Positions 45,793 through 57,725 of a stretch of DNA of 64,000 bases are shown here, piece after piece (the stretch's first letter is position 1; every line of letters begins with the position of its first letter). A program made the position numbers and the translations under genes. The notes under the pieces were generated by a model. It was not told where the DNA came from, did not search any database, and worked only from the letters and a program-made list of their open reading frames with translations. Origin of the DNA: Cyanophora paradoxa CCMP329 (lineage: Eukaryota; Plantae; Glaucophyta); assembly GCA_004431415.1 (NCBI GenBank), contig QPMI01000437.1:310001-374000 (forward strand), given 5' to 3'.

Positions 45793-47160
45793 TCAAAGAT
45801 TTATACGTCTTAAACCATCGCGATCCAAAATTATGAACGAATGCATGAGAGCGCGAACATTAACATCGATTACCTTATCTGAAGGCATGTAGAGGGTGAG
45901 GAATGAAGAGGAGGAATTTGTTAAATCAACATAACCAGACTGGGCAATATTTCGAATCGCCTTTTCTCCATCAAGGCAGAAAGGCAATCCTGAAAGGACA
46001 TAGCGATCAGCAACCTTATCCATGTTAGAGCATTTGAAGGCATCAGCAATTAGCTCAGCACCTTTGAGTAGGGAAATTGGCTCAGTGGCAAAAAGTCGCT
46101 GTCCATTTATTTCAGTTGTGAATGTTATCTCTTTGGAGTTGGCATAGGTCTTAAGAACACTGTGGGAGCCTGTGGATTTATCAACAGTTGCATTATCACG
46201 AACTGAAACAAGCAGAGCATAAACCAGTCCAGAGATTTGAGAGAGGTTAATTCGATTGGGTTGGGCATTGCCCTTGGCAGGGAAAGCACTAGCATCAACA
46301 AACCCAATGTCTAGAGCAGGAATAGCCATGCCAGTAGTCTTTACTTTTTCAATAACAGTAGCGAAAAGCTCATCAGAAACATTAATAGCATGCATGTAAA
46401 GGCGAGGAGAGGTAATTGTAATACCAGGGGTTGTTGCACCAAGACTGAAAGTGGTGATGTTTTGACCAACATGGGCAAGGGTTCCATCTGTGAAGTTTCC
46501 AAGACCATCATCGGCAGTTGCATCAACTGTTCCAACAGCAGTTGTGAGTTCACGACCACCATAGGAAGTTTCAACATAACCCTTCTCAGCATCCTTAAAC
46601 CAAACAGTAACAACCATTTCACCAGATAAAGCACCAAGGGGAAGGTAGTGATTTAGCCAAGGCACAGGAATTTCAACGAAAAATGAGCCACCAAGGCGGT
46701 TGGTTCCATGAGCAGGAATGCCATGAACCATGCCCATTGATCGCTTCTTTTTAGCTAGTTGATCCTCCGAATAATAGACCAGGGGGAAATGAGCAAGGAA
46801 ATCAGATGGAATATGGTAGGTGTAAGATCCATAGGTAATTTCAAGTCGCTGAACTAAAGCACCAACTGGGCGAGTGTATCCATTGCGAACTAGGTCAGTA
46901 TCACCAGCAAAAGTGATGGCTGGAAGGTCGAAAGCAAGTTCGAGTTTTCCACAGAAATTGTAGCGAGGTAGCTTGAAGGAAATGCGATTTCCAACATTAT
47001 TCTCAAAAGTATTGCTGGGATTCACAACAACTAGAACTGGCTTAGACTTGGATTCGAGACCAAGCATAAGGGAGTTATCCAGGAAAAAGGCTTTCGCCTC
47101 CTCTGGGGTTGTTAGGGCTTCTTTCAGCGAAAGTCTTTGAAGAGTGGAAGTGATATCCAT
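45793..47160 (-). CDS. Major capsid protein, double jelly-roll (about 455 aa; ATG at 47160)
   Basis: Size and position next to the ATPase and pentons. ISFKLPR…LELAFDLPAI, LVQRLEITYG and VEIPVPW…YLPLGAL…VVTVWF resemble NCLDV/PLV MCP N-terminal motifs. Confidence 0.8.
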   Translation of the reverse strand: MDITSTLQRLSLKEALTTPEEAKAFFLDNSLMLGLESKSKPVLVVVNPSNTFENNVGNRISFKLPRYNFCGKLELAFDLPAITFAGDTDLVRNGYTRPVGALVQRLEITYGSYTYHIPSDFLAHFPLVYYSEDQLAKKKRSMGMVHGIPAHGTNRLGGSFFVEIPVPWLNHYLPLGALSGEMVVTVWFKDAEKGYVETSYGGRELTTAVGTVDATADDGLGNFTDGTLAHVGQNITTFSLGATTPGITITSPRLYMHAINVSDELFATVIEKVKTTGMAIPALDIGFVDASAFPAKGNAQPNRINLSQISGLVYALLVSVRDNATVDKSTGSHSVLKTYANSKEITFTTEINGQRLFATEPISLLKGAELIADAFKCSNMDKVADRYVLSGLPFCLDGEKAIRNIAQSGYVDLTNSSSSFLTLYMPSDKVIDVNVRALMHSFIILDRDGLRRINL

Positions 47161-47213
47161 TATATTCTCTTTTATTATACTGCAACATAAAAAATCTACC
47201 AATGATCCTTAAT

Positions 47214-48224
47214 TTATGCGAAGCTTGTAATAACTGGATAGGAAGGGTGAAGCTGCGACATTCTCATCTTAAAGTATTCATAAACTGGGTCTCCTGCTGG
47301 CTCATCACCATAGCGAATTTCAAAGGTCAGATGAACAGGTTGACCCTCAAAATCAATTGGTTCATTTACAGCATTAACAATATCAACCGAGAAAGTGGAT
47401 AATCCAACCTTTTTGTTATAGTATTTATAAAGTGGATGAGCTTCTGTTGAATTGTAAACAACATGCTCACCATAGTCTTTATCAGGGACCACTATTTTGT
47501 GAAAGTAACCAGTCAGAAGACCATCCCCACATTGCACCAGATCACCCAGCTCCTTTACTCTCACAAACAAAACACTGTCCCTGGTCTTCTCAGGCTCAAA
47601 AGAAGATATAATGCCATTCACGCGACCACCAGTAAAGATTCCATCAGTGAGAGCATCATAGACCTGTGATTGGATTGGGGAGTTACCATATCTTCCAGGA
47701 TCAAGACCCAGCAGTCTAGCTGAACTCAACAGCTTTTGGATTGTTTGTTGGCTTGGGTTCACAGCTACTGAGAAAGCCAAGTAAAATGGTACTGCTGAGT
47801 GGAATATAATTCGTTTCAGTGATTCATCCCATTTGCAGCGAATGGATGGTTGGGGATTTCTGCCTTCGAATTTAGAGTTAATTACATTCACAAGTTGCTG
47901 GTGGCTTTGGATGGGGGTGTTTCGACTTATAATGAATTGTTTCCATTGTTCATAGTCAGCAGCTGGGCGAACTGTTGGAATTCCTGAGCTTCCAGCTCCA
48001 GGAGTTTGTTCAGAATAATAAATGCTAAATGCATTGTCAACTGTCACATCTCCAACTTTGGTTTCACCACTCACCATAGGGATGCTGTTATAAAATTCGG
48101 CTGAGACCAGTCTCACAGCCCTCACATTCTCATAACTACTGGGGAGTCTAGCCACAAAGCTTGATGTGGGACCATCACCAGAGATTGTATTAAATGAGCT
48201 AACCTCGATGTAATCCACAGGCAT
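47214..48224 (-). CDS. Minor capsid (penton) protein 1
   Basis: IEVSS…F…LP…NV.AVRLVSAEFYNS N-terminus; LFVRVKEL…LSTFSVDIVN…IDFEG…LTFEI C-terminus. Immediately upstream of the MCP. Confidence 0.75.
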   Translation of the reverse strand: MPVDYIEVSSFNTISGDGPTSSFVARLPSSYENVRAVRLVSAEFYNSIPMVSGETKVGDVTVDNAFSIYYSEQTPGAGSSGIPTVRPAADYEQWKQFIISRNTPIQSHQQLVNVINSKFEGRNPQPSIRCKWDESLKRIIFHSAVPFYLAFSVAVNPSQQTIQKLLSSARLLGLDPGRYGNSPIQSQVYDALTDGIFTGGRVNGIISSFEPEKTRDSVLFVRVKELGDLVQCGDGLLTGYFHKIVVPDKDYGEHVVYNSTEAHPLYKYYNKKVGLSTFSVDIVNAVNEPIDFEGQPVHLTFEIRYGDEPAGDPVYEYFKMRMSQLHPSYPVITSFA

Positions 48225-48253
48225 TCTTCTTTTATCTATATTTATATATTAAA

Positions 48254-49186
48254 ATGAACCGGCTCGTTAATATTGATAGCAGGGATAGAAGCCAAGGACA
48301 AAATGAAAACTCTTACAGGGTCACCCTCACAACTCCAGTAGAGAGACCAAGGGAATGTAGGGTTCTCTATGCAGAGATTCCAAACAGTATCTATAACAGT
48401 GTGGGAACTGATCATCTAACAGTTCAGTTTAATTACCAAGATGGTTCATATAACCAAGTGATCACACAACAAGTGTATCCCCTTCCCAGTGGCTACATCA
48501 ATCAGGGTCATTTTGGGGTCACACACCCTTATAATTATGGGCTGAACTATTCAAGCTTCCAAACTATTGCAGGCAAAACAGTAGCTTTTGAGTTCAAGAT
48601 ATTCTACAACCCAACAACCTATAAAGTGGAGTTTTACAGTAACCATGAGTTTCGTTTTATTGCAAGCAACCAGAGAATAGGAAAGCTTTTGGGTGTAAGT
48701 TCTACTGAATACACCACTGGGTATTATAGCACTCCTCCTGTTGGTGGATCTCCCTATCGACCTGAGAACCTTTTAAAGTATGATGGCAAACCTATTACAC
48801 CTGATCACCCAGCATGGGGAATCACCTTCTCAGGACCCAGACTCTCCTCTAAGCCCTTGCAATATTATTTTGACAGCAGGAAGATGTCTGATATGAATGC
48901 TGAGCAGTATCTGTACATGCATATTAAAGAGCTGTCCCCCTTTGCCAGCAGACACAATATAATTCCAAAATCGCAACCACAAAATCAGGGAGCTATCCTT
49001 AGATTGCAATTGAGTAAGGATATAGGGGGCTATGTTTACCATAGTGGTGAGCATGCAGAATTTATTCAAATCAATGACAGAAACCTGGTGATAAGGGAAC
49101 TCACAGTTGAATTTAAAGATTACTTTGGTGAACTGATTGATATGAATGGAATCGATAATTCTTTTCAGTTGGAGTTTATCGAATAA
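48254..49186 (+). CDS. Minor capsid (penton) protein 2
   Basis: VNIDSRDR…YRVTL…LYAEIPNSIYN; YLYMHIKEL…LTVEFKDYFGELIDMNGIDNSFQLEF. Confidence 0.8.
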   Translation: MNRLVNIDSRDRSQGQNENSYRVTLTTPVERPRECRVLYAEIPNSIYNSVGTDHLTVQFNYQDGSYNQVITQQVYPLPSGYINQGHFGVTHPYNYGLNYSSFQTIAGKTVAFEFKIFYNPTTYKVEFYSNHEFRFIASNQRIGKLLGVSSTEYTTGYYSTPPVGGSPYRPENLLKYDGKPITPDHPAWGITFSGPRLSSKPLQYYFDSRKMSDMNAEQYLYMHIKELSPFASRHNIIPKSQPQNQGAILRLQLSKDIGGYVYHSGEHAEFIQINDRNLVIRELTVEFKDYFGELIDMNGIDNSFQLEFIE

Positions 49187-50731
49187 AGGCACCTGTAAAG
49201 TCAACTCTCATTGTGGGAGCATTCACATACACAAGGGGATAAATGCGAATATATCTTATTCTCAGAGAATAACCTATGTAAAAAGCATCCTTGATGCTGA
49301 GAGGGAACCCACTCAATAGAGCCACATCACCAGAGTTGTGAGCATTGTTAATGTTCTCACAGACATATATTTTGTTTTGCCCATCTGATCGAATAAAAGA
49401 CCAGTTGATCCCATCAGTGGATGTTGCCACATTGAAAGTCTTAATAAAAGCATTGGTGTCCCCTGATCCATAGGCAATCACAGAGGAGAGTTCAAAAGTA
49501 TATGGAAAAGCAACTTGAAGGTATTCAGTGGGGGTTTCCCATATCTGCTCAGGAGCATAGGCTCCAGCTTCCCAGCCAAATGCTGAAGGTCTAGCCATGA
49601 AAGGCTCTTTACCAGTCACAGAGGATGAGGCAGTGAAGGCATCATCTGCAAGCTGATACCAATTAGCATCTAAAGGAGGTGACTCTGTGAGAGTGGATGA
49701 GATGTAAGCCTTTGTAGGGTTCTTTAGTTCATAGTTTGCTACTAGTAGGCTGCAAAGCTTATTAATCATATCATTGTTTGCTGCAATGTATGTTTCAGTG
49801 AATGCTAGCATATCTGGGATTTTAGAAGTGTCATCCAGAGAGCTTACTATATGATTTGGAAGAGGGACTGATAGCCTATAGTATCTCCCATAATCCTGAT
49901 CATAGTTGTATGGTAACAACTCCTCCATCTTATCAAGGGCAGAAAGCTCACTTGCAGCCATGAGCATGTTAATCAATGGGCTTCCATCTGTTGAGGCAAT
50001 CCATGAGAGAATTCCCCAGCTGTTTACAGTCTCATAAGCATAACCCACATAATCAGACTCTAAATGTGGGTCCACCTCTCCACAAGAGATACTTATTACT
50101 ATAATGTCATCATCATCACTGTAAATCTTCTTTGCATGGCTGTAACCACACACACTGGGATTATTGTTTCCCGAAATGGCACCATCAATGAGACAGACAT
50201 ATACCCCCCGATTGAAATCAACAATGCTTACAGGAGAGAAATATGTAGGAGCAGCAGAGGTAGCCCTAGCAGCAATCTTACAAGGCAGAAAGTTGTAATT
50301 GTTATCATTTGTGATAAATATTGGTTTCATATTCTGAGTATCAAAGGATGTGATCACAATGTCCTTTAGGGAATCCTGTATTAGTGATTCCCCAGTAACT
50401 GAATTGATTGCAGTCTCCAAGGGTCCCACATCATACTTTGTATTAAATAGGGCATTTTCGATTATATTTCGAGGATTTGCGAAAATCAAGGGCAGTTGGG
50501 CTAGGTAAATGTTGTGTAAATCGTTTGCTGTGAGTTTAGGTTCACCTGGTTTATCAGGATGCCTTATATTCAAACCTATTGCAATGATCCCACCAGTGGA
50601 AGTTCCACTCACAAGATCCACAAGATCGATTATTCTCCTGCCAGTTCGATTTTCGATTTCTTTTAGCAGCCTGGTTATGATAATGCCCCTTGCACCCCGC
50701 CAGAAAGACTTAAAACGACCTTGAGAGGCAT
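49176..50731 (-). CDS. Patatin-like phospholipase fused to an F5/8 type C (discoidin) domain; -1 frameshift at ~50696
   Basis: MPLKVVLSLSGGGARG (restored by one extra G), GTSTG, ARATSAAPTYF, IDGA. C-terminal FTASS…W…EYLQV…F.VATSTDGINW…RYIRIYP…MRVDFTG. Confidence 0.88.
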
Positions 50732-50774
50732 CTTTTACTTATCAGGAATTTTATAAATCCATATAGTAAAAGCC

Positions 50775-53700
50775 ATGAGCTTCAATTACCCACCAAATCT
50801 AGAAACCATTCAAGATGATAATGCAAGCAGCACCAAGCATGTGAACTTTGATAATATTAAAGTAAAGGGTTCAGTTTCAATTGACCACAGCTCTGATAAT
50901 TCATCAAAGACTCAATCAAGGGAGCATGCTTTATCTGTGAATCAAACCGATCCAGATAAAGAGGAGGTCAGTGTTGCTTTTAGTTTGGGTAATGTGAAAG
51001 CAAACCAAGTGGCAGAGATCAAAGCAACAAGAAGGAGACCTAGGAAACTAAAAACCAGTGGCACCCATCCAGATATACCTTCCAGGTTCGATAGTGGTCG
51101 ATTGATTTTCAATGTTCAAGATGAGCAGGGCAAACAGAACACAGCTTTGCGAATTTACAATGAGGGCAGCACTGCAAAAGCTGAGGTCCCCAAGTATTGC
51201 AAGTGGGTCCCATTGCCAACACAAATCAGGTCTCCTACACAAATGATGTATACCCCAAGGATATTACATATGACTTTGCGAGGAATGAGCCTTTTGGGTT
51301 TTTTACTCCAAAAGATGTCCATCAAAAAAAGCCATCAATTACAATCAACAGTAGCCCCAGTCAACCAGTAGCAATCCATTTACACCCTGATTTAGTCGAA
51401 ATGGATAGGCACCTTTTGCCTTTGTATAGCAATGTGAAAGACCTTGGAATTCGAACCAGGCAATGGCGAAATATCCATGGCAGCAATGTGTATGCAAATG
51501 GAGAGAAGCTTGTAAGTGAGAAAACTCTAAGGGAAATCATTGAGCATTATGGTCCCAATGGACCTACTGTCCCATTCCCTATTCCATTTCCCAATGGACC
51601 ACCCGATTTAACACCAAAGAAGCAACCTGGAAGAGAATACACAGCAACTGAAGATGTAGCCTTTGGGCAGCATATTGTAAGTTGGGAGCAAGTTCGCAAT
51701 AAACCTATAATTGAACCAAGAAAGCAAATAGATGAGCAGTATTTACCTCCTGAAATCGATATATTAGAGCTTGAAGAATATCAATTCGTTCCAGATGAGG
51801 AAGAGTATTTACCAGATGGTTTTGACCCACAAGAGTATGAGTATGATCAATTTGACCCCAATGAGGAGGAGATACTACCAGATGGCTTAGATCCACAAGA
51901 GTTTGAGTATGAGCAGAACTATGAACCTGATGAGGAGTATTTGCCAGATGGGCATGATCCACCAGCTGTTGATTATGAGCAACCTTATGAACCCCATGAG
52001 GAATTACTACCAGATGGATTTCGACCTGAGATCTGGGAGTTCTTTCCTGATTATGAACAAATTAATAATAAACCTGCAAAGTATCCCCCAGAGGATCACA
52101 ATCATGATTGGGATGAGATCTTAGGCAAACCTCAAAAGTATCCACCAGAGGATCACAGGCATGATTGGGGTGATATTGATGGAATACCAGAAGAATTTCC
52201 ACCAAGCAAACATGAACATATTTGGGATGAGATTAATGACCAACCAGAGTTTGCAAAAGTGGAGCCTTTGGCAACCCTAGGGGTTTCTCTTTACCAGACT
52301 TGCAATGTCCCTGAAAGGATCTTTTTGAATGAACACTATGTACATGTGAATGGGACACTTGCGAATTCAGGTATGAGAGGACCACTTCATATTAGGACAT
52401 TACCAGGCTCTTTTGAAACCCCACCAGAACCAGGAGCAACCATACCAAATATCTTTGTGTCAAGCTACATGGAGGTTGACATACCCACAGATACTTTTAG
52501 AGTTCCAACAGACCCAGCAACCTACCAAAATTACAATGCAGCTATACAGGTTCATGTTGCAGATGTGAGCAGTCTGGATGGATCAAGACCAATGATAGTT
52601 TTCAGTCGAGATAAATACTCCTACATTCCCATAGTGGGAACTGCAAATGATAATTATGGAAGGGCAGAACTTGCATGGATAAAAACGAATTATGGTGGGG
52701 TTCTGGAATCCAATCAGAGGATGGCTGCAAAAAACATACACAACGAGAATATATCAAGAGTGGTCACAGAGGATTACCTTACTGCTGTAATACTTGTAAA
52801 TTTCGTAACTCTTGCTATGCTTGGAGATTATGTAACAAAACCTGAACTTGCAGATGAATTATCAAAATATCTTCCGCTTGTTGGTGGGACAATCACAGGA
52901 AATCTAAGAGTCAATAGTAATATTTACAGCAGCAATATTGAGACCAGCAATCTTAAAGTAATTGAAACTCTCACAATTGGTCCAAGTAATTTGCACACAC
53001 TGAATCAGATTATCAGGGAATATTATCCCATCACATCATCTTATGATCCCGCCTTAAATATTTCAAATTGCATTTTTGCATGGAAAGCCTCAGGAACAGA
53101 TGGACAATCAGCCACAGGAACAACCGTTTATAGTCGAATATCATCAATCATACCATCTCTTCCTGTCGTTGGAAATCCCTATTACTCCACCGGGATAAAC
53201 AACCAAATGAGTTTGACAATTGGAGCAGATGCCGGTTTTGCTTTGTATTCGTATGTATCAAGAACTATTGATTACTCAAATGGATTAACCTTTTTCTTTG
53301 TGGGAAGATATGGAAGAGCTACAAGTGGGAATGATGTCCATTTTAGATGTGACAAAACAACAACTCCAAATAGACGTATTTCCTATGGAGCAAATACTTG
53401 GGCATCACTTGGTATCAGTTCATTTATAATCAATGCCGTAGGTCAAACAAAACCTTCGTTCAATGTTTCAACATTTGCAAATCAATGGTATTATTCCGAC
53501 CAAACAATAACATCAGACAGCTACACAGTAGGATTTAATGGAATTGATATAGGAACGATCACAGGAACAAATTATTTACCTGATTCGGTAGTTAATTTAT
53601 TTGGAATAGGTTACCTCAATGGTGGTAGCATTTGTGAAATCATTGTTTTCAACAGAGCATTAACGGCAGAAGAAAAACAGAACGTCAGGTATTACATCCA

Positions 53701-56500
53701 GCAAATGTATGGTTTCCCTATAACTCAACCTCTTTCAACATCTATTGCGTTAAAGATCACATCACCTGAAACAATAATAGATAATCTCACTGTTATTAGT
53801 AAAGCAAACCTTCCAAACTATCCTACAAATGATGTGGTTCAAAATTGGATACGAAACCATACACACACCAAAGGTCAAATAACAGATTTCGCACACAAGC
53901 ATTTATGGGAGGATATCACGAATCCACCATTAACCTTTCCGCCTGATATTCACACTCATGATTATACCCAGATTACCAACTGCAATCACAGACACCCATG
54001 GAGCGAAATTGATCAACAACCAGTATTTGCACAATTGAATGCAATCGGAAATATTTTTAATGGAGTTACACTTTACCAATCCAGTAATACAGCTGAAAGG
54101 TTATATTTGAATGATCATTATGTCAGCCTCAATGGGACTTTTACAGGTCAAACAGGCACCCCCATGGTGGGAACTCTTGCAGTAAGATTACCCAGGGATC
54201 CTATTGTAAATGGAGCCTATGATGGAGATTTTAATGTTAGTGTGACTGATACTTTCCCCAGTATCTATGTAACGAATTATCACCCAGGAGAAACAGGACA
54301 AGAAGAGAATTTTTCAGCAGCAATTCAAGTAAATGTAACAGATCAAAGCGCATATGATGGAGCAAGACCTAAAATAGTTTTCACAAGGGAGAAAGTTGTA
54401 AACTACCTTCCTGTTGCGGGACAACCCACAGATGATCACGGAAAATGTGAGATGGCGTGGATAAAAACGTTATCAGGTGGCGCCTTAGAAGTCAATCAGA
54501 GAATGGCGGCGAAAAACTTACACAATACCACCCTTTCCGGTGTTGTTACAGATGATTATTTAGAAAACAAAGATTATGTTACAAATACAGAATTACAATT
54601 AGCTGTTACAGATTTTGTTACAGATACCGATTTAACGGCGGCACTTGCTAATTATCTACCTCTAACAGGTGGAACTGTAACAGGTACTGTGAATGCTACC
54701 ACTTTACAAATTGGCGGAACCACAATACCAAAAGGTTACGATTTCGACCAATTAGATGTGGTCTCATCAGATAGAAGCCCGAATAATTGGACTGTTACAG
54801 GATGGATACCAAGAACCGGACAAACAGGATGTTATACAACACCAGCAAATGATGAAGATTGCAGCGGTTGTTGGATGAGGTGGGTTGTTCCGACAGGTAT
54901 GAAATCGTTTTATATTCAGCACATGCCTTGGGGTAATTGTAGATATTTCGATATCTACGGGCAAACTGTTAATGGATATCAACATTTCTTAAAGCGTGTA
55001 AATGCTTATCAAGTAATTCAGGAAGTTAATCAAGGTGGAACACACAATTGTATTTTGTTTGTCTCTATTAATTGCGAATTCTACAAATATATTTATGTTC
55101 AAGGTCGAAAAGGTCGCATTCATCTTACGGGGGTTTTCGGTTGGAGTAGACAAAGAGCAATGGATAATGAGGTTGGTATGATCTCTTGGGATAATATTTT
55201 TAGTAAACCATCATTTTATTCAGCCGCAGACCTTCCACAAACAGCGACATGGCCAACAAATACATGGTTAAAATCAACCGACACTGTTCCGCGAATTTGG
55301 TTTGGAAATGGTGATTGCACATATATTCGAGGTTATGGAAATAGTGGTGGTGTTTCAATTGAATTCAGAGACTCAGCAGATGGAGCAATATTAAAGTCTT
55401 ATAACAATGGTAACTTTTGGGTGAAAAACACTATTACAGCGACCACTATTAATGCTACAACAGATCTTCAAATAAATGGTAATGCTGTTCCAAAGTTTCA
55501 CACAGCAGATAAAACAAAAGGAGGTATTGAATTTAATAGATGTTCTTATGGCGATTGGACATGGGCGTGGAGTTCAGCATGGGATCCACATTATAATTAT
55601 GGTTCATATGTTCATAATAATCAAACGGATGATCAAACTTCTACCGCTTGGATTGACTTCGATATTCCAGAAGGATATCACACAGGAACAGCGTTTTTAA
55701 CTTATCTACCTTGGACTAACTCACGAATTTTTGAAATTTGGGGACTGAATCGACAAGGGAATGAAGTTTTTATTACATCAGTGAATAGTTATCAACCATA
55801 CGCCACATCGCCTGATGGTAACCACAGTGGTGTAAATAATGTTCCGATACATCTTGGTAATCGATTTCTCACAATTCGAATTAGACCAAAGATTGGAAGA
55901 GTTCACATTATGGGTATAAGTTACATGAAAATATGGGTAGGAAATAGTTATGGTGGTCACACCGGCTATATTCATTGGAATAATGTTTATAGTAAACCAA
56001 ATATCTTAACAGGAACTGTGGGGACTTGGTTTAATTCCAGTGATGGATATAATCGAATTCATTTCGGTAACAATGATTCTACATATTTGAAAGGAAGAGG
56101 AACTTATCCAATAAGATTTCGAAATGAATTAGATTCTAATATTTGTTGGATCGATCATGACGGGCGGATGTGGATAAACAATTATTTAACACAAGGAAGT
56201 GACAGAAGATACAAAACCGATATTAAAAAGATAACCGGCGCTCTTTCAGCAATTGAAAAATTGGAAGGAGTGAGTTTTAAACGAATTGGGAGTGAAAAAG
56301 ACGGAACAAAATTAGGTTTAATTGCGCAAGATGTAGAAAAGGTAATACCAGAAATTGTAAGTGTCACAAAAGAAGATGGTTACCTTTCTCTCGAATACAC
56401 GGGTTTAATTCCAGTTCTCATTGAAGCTGTGAAGGAGTTGTCCCAAAAATGCAAAGATCTACAGGATCAAATAGACCAAATTAAAAATGTCAAAGTATAA
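50775..56500 (+). CDS. Giant fibre/spike protein (about 1,900 aa) with phage tail-fibre repeats and a C-terminal peptidase S74 chaperone; -1 frameshift at ~51190
   Basis: HxHxWxxIxxKP repeats, YLPLxGGTxTG x2, a LamG-like segment (EIIVFNRALT), and C-terminal SDRRYKTDI…GLIAQDVEKVIPEIV…Y..LIPVLIEAVKEL. ORF 50775-51371 joins 51197-56500 with one extra C. Confidence 0.85.
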
Positions 56501-56503
56501 TAA

Positions 56504-56809
56504 ATGGCGACCTATCCTCTTGGTGGAACCACCTATTCTACTGAGCCTGTTGCGCTTTCTTTTGATACAATCACCCTTGTAAACGCATTACAAACAGTTG
56601 AAAAAACGATTCAGCAAACTAACAAGCTCTCACCAGTTGTCAATGAGTATAAAAACCTCTTGGTTAATGTCCTTGCTCAAGCTGCATATGGTGACCCTGT
56701 TGCTAAATACACTGAGTGTGATAACAACATTAAAGCAATGACATCCAACCTGCAAGTTCTTTCAACTGTTTACCAATCCCTTGGATCGAATTTAATCACT
56801 TTGGCTTGA
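56504..56809 (+). CDS. Viral hypothetical protein (101 aa)
   Basis: ATG 3 nt after the fibre stop codon. Predicted helical. Confidence 0.65.
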   Translation: MATYPLGGTTYSTEPVALSFDTITLVNALQTVEKTIQQTNKLSPVVNEYKNLLVNVLAQAAYGDPVAKYTECDNNIKAMTSNLQVLSTVYQSLGSNLITLA

Positions 56810-56848
56810 TTGCAGTTTATTTTTCTTTCCTTCTTAGTAAAAGAAGCA

Positions 56849-57724
56849 ATGGGTGAATATAATCGAGTTCAACTGCCTATATATTCCCTTGGATCCCCTG
56901 CAATGCATTTTCGCCAGCATGAAGTAAATGATGAGGTTCGTGGTTTAGAATCCACAGAGAGACCCAATTCCAATGGCAACTCCTTTGATAAAAATTCGAT
57001 TATTCGAGTTAAAGAGCTGAGAGCTGATAAGAATTCTGGTGTGGTTAAAACAACTCGACTTCTTGTCACAAATGCTAACTTTTTCCAGCCTACCAATGGA
57101 GGTCCTGATGCTTACAGTGTTGATCTGAAAGCCCTTGATTTCGATAAGAATTCTGCTGCTGTAACTGTGAGATCAGGAGGAGCATTTATTGGTGGTGGCT
57201 GCAGAGTTTCAGGTCAGCTATCTTCATCTGTTTCCTACAATGATGTCCCAGATACTCTCGAACAAAATGTGGAGAACCCACAACGAATTCGTTTCTACAC
57301 ACCTGTTGCACAGCAACCTTTTTTGCATTTCTATGTTGCATCCTCTGTAACTCTTGAGAATTCGGAATTAGTTTCCATTACAGGAACTGATCGAGTAAGA
57401 AGAAATATTCCTCTTCCCACTGCAATGCTTTCCATGTGTAGAGCCAATAATAATCAACCAGGACACAACTACTTATTCTTTGTTCAAGCTTCGAACCATT
57501 TTGGCAGAGGATATTGTGTTTATAACAATTTGACATTTACCTATGATCTGTTTGTCACTGAGGTTGGAGTATACAATACTATGATTATGGGACTGAGAAC
57601 AGATATAGCAGCTGTATCAGCACTTCGTGGGGTAAATGTTGCTGATATATTCACAACAGGATTTTACCAAGAATTAGATGTAATTGATGACCCAACCCAT
57701 AAAAGATATATCCCTTTAATGTAA
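56849..57724 (+). CDS. Putative virion structural protein, paralogue A
   Basis: Shares ELR.DKN.G.VKTT.LLVTNANF and SGGA.IG.G.RV.G with the next gene. ATG at 56849. Confidence 0.7.
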   Translation: MGEYNRVQLPIYSLGSPAMHFRQHEVNDEVRGLESTERPNSNGNSFDKNSIIRVKELRADKNSGVVKTTRLLVTNANFFQPTNGGPDAYSVDLKALDFDKNSAAVTVRSGGAFIGGGCRVSGQLSSSVSYNDVPDTLEQNVENPQRIRFYTPVAQQPFLHFYVASSVTLENSELVSITGTDRVRRNIPLPTAMLSMCRANNNQPGHNYLFFVQASNHFGRGYCVYNNLTFTYDLFVTEVGVYNTMIMGLRTDIAAVSALRGVNVADIFTTGFYQELDVIDDPTHKRYIPLM

Positions 57725-57725
57725 A

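Noticed and set aside
47161-47202. N-terminal extension of the MCP ORF given in the track
   Set aside because: It starts at a non-ATG codon. The ATG at 47160 in an A-rich context is the likelier start.
43947-49186. Classification as a Lavidaviridae virophage
   Set aside because: No cysteine maturation protease is visible, and the ~455-aa MCP looks PLV/NCLDV-like rather than like the longer virophage MCP. Needs phylogeny to settle.
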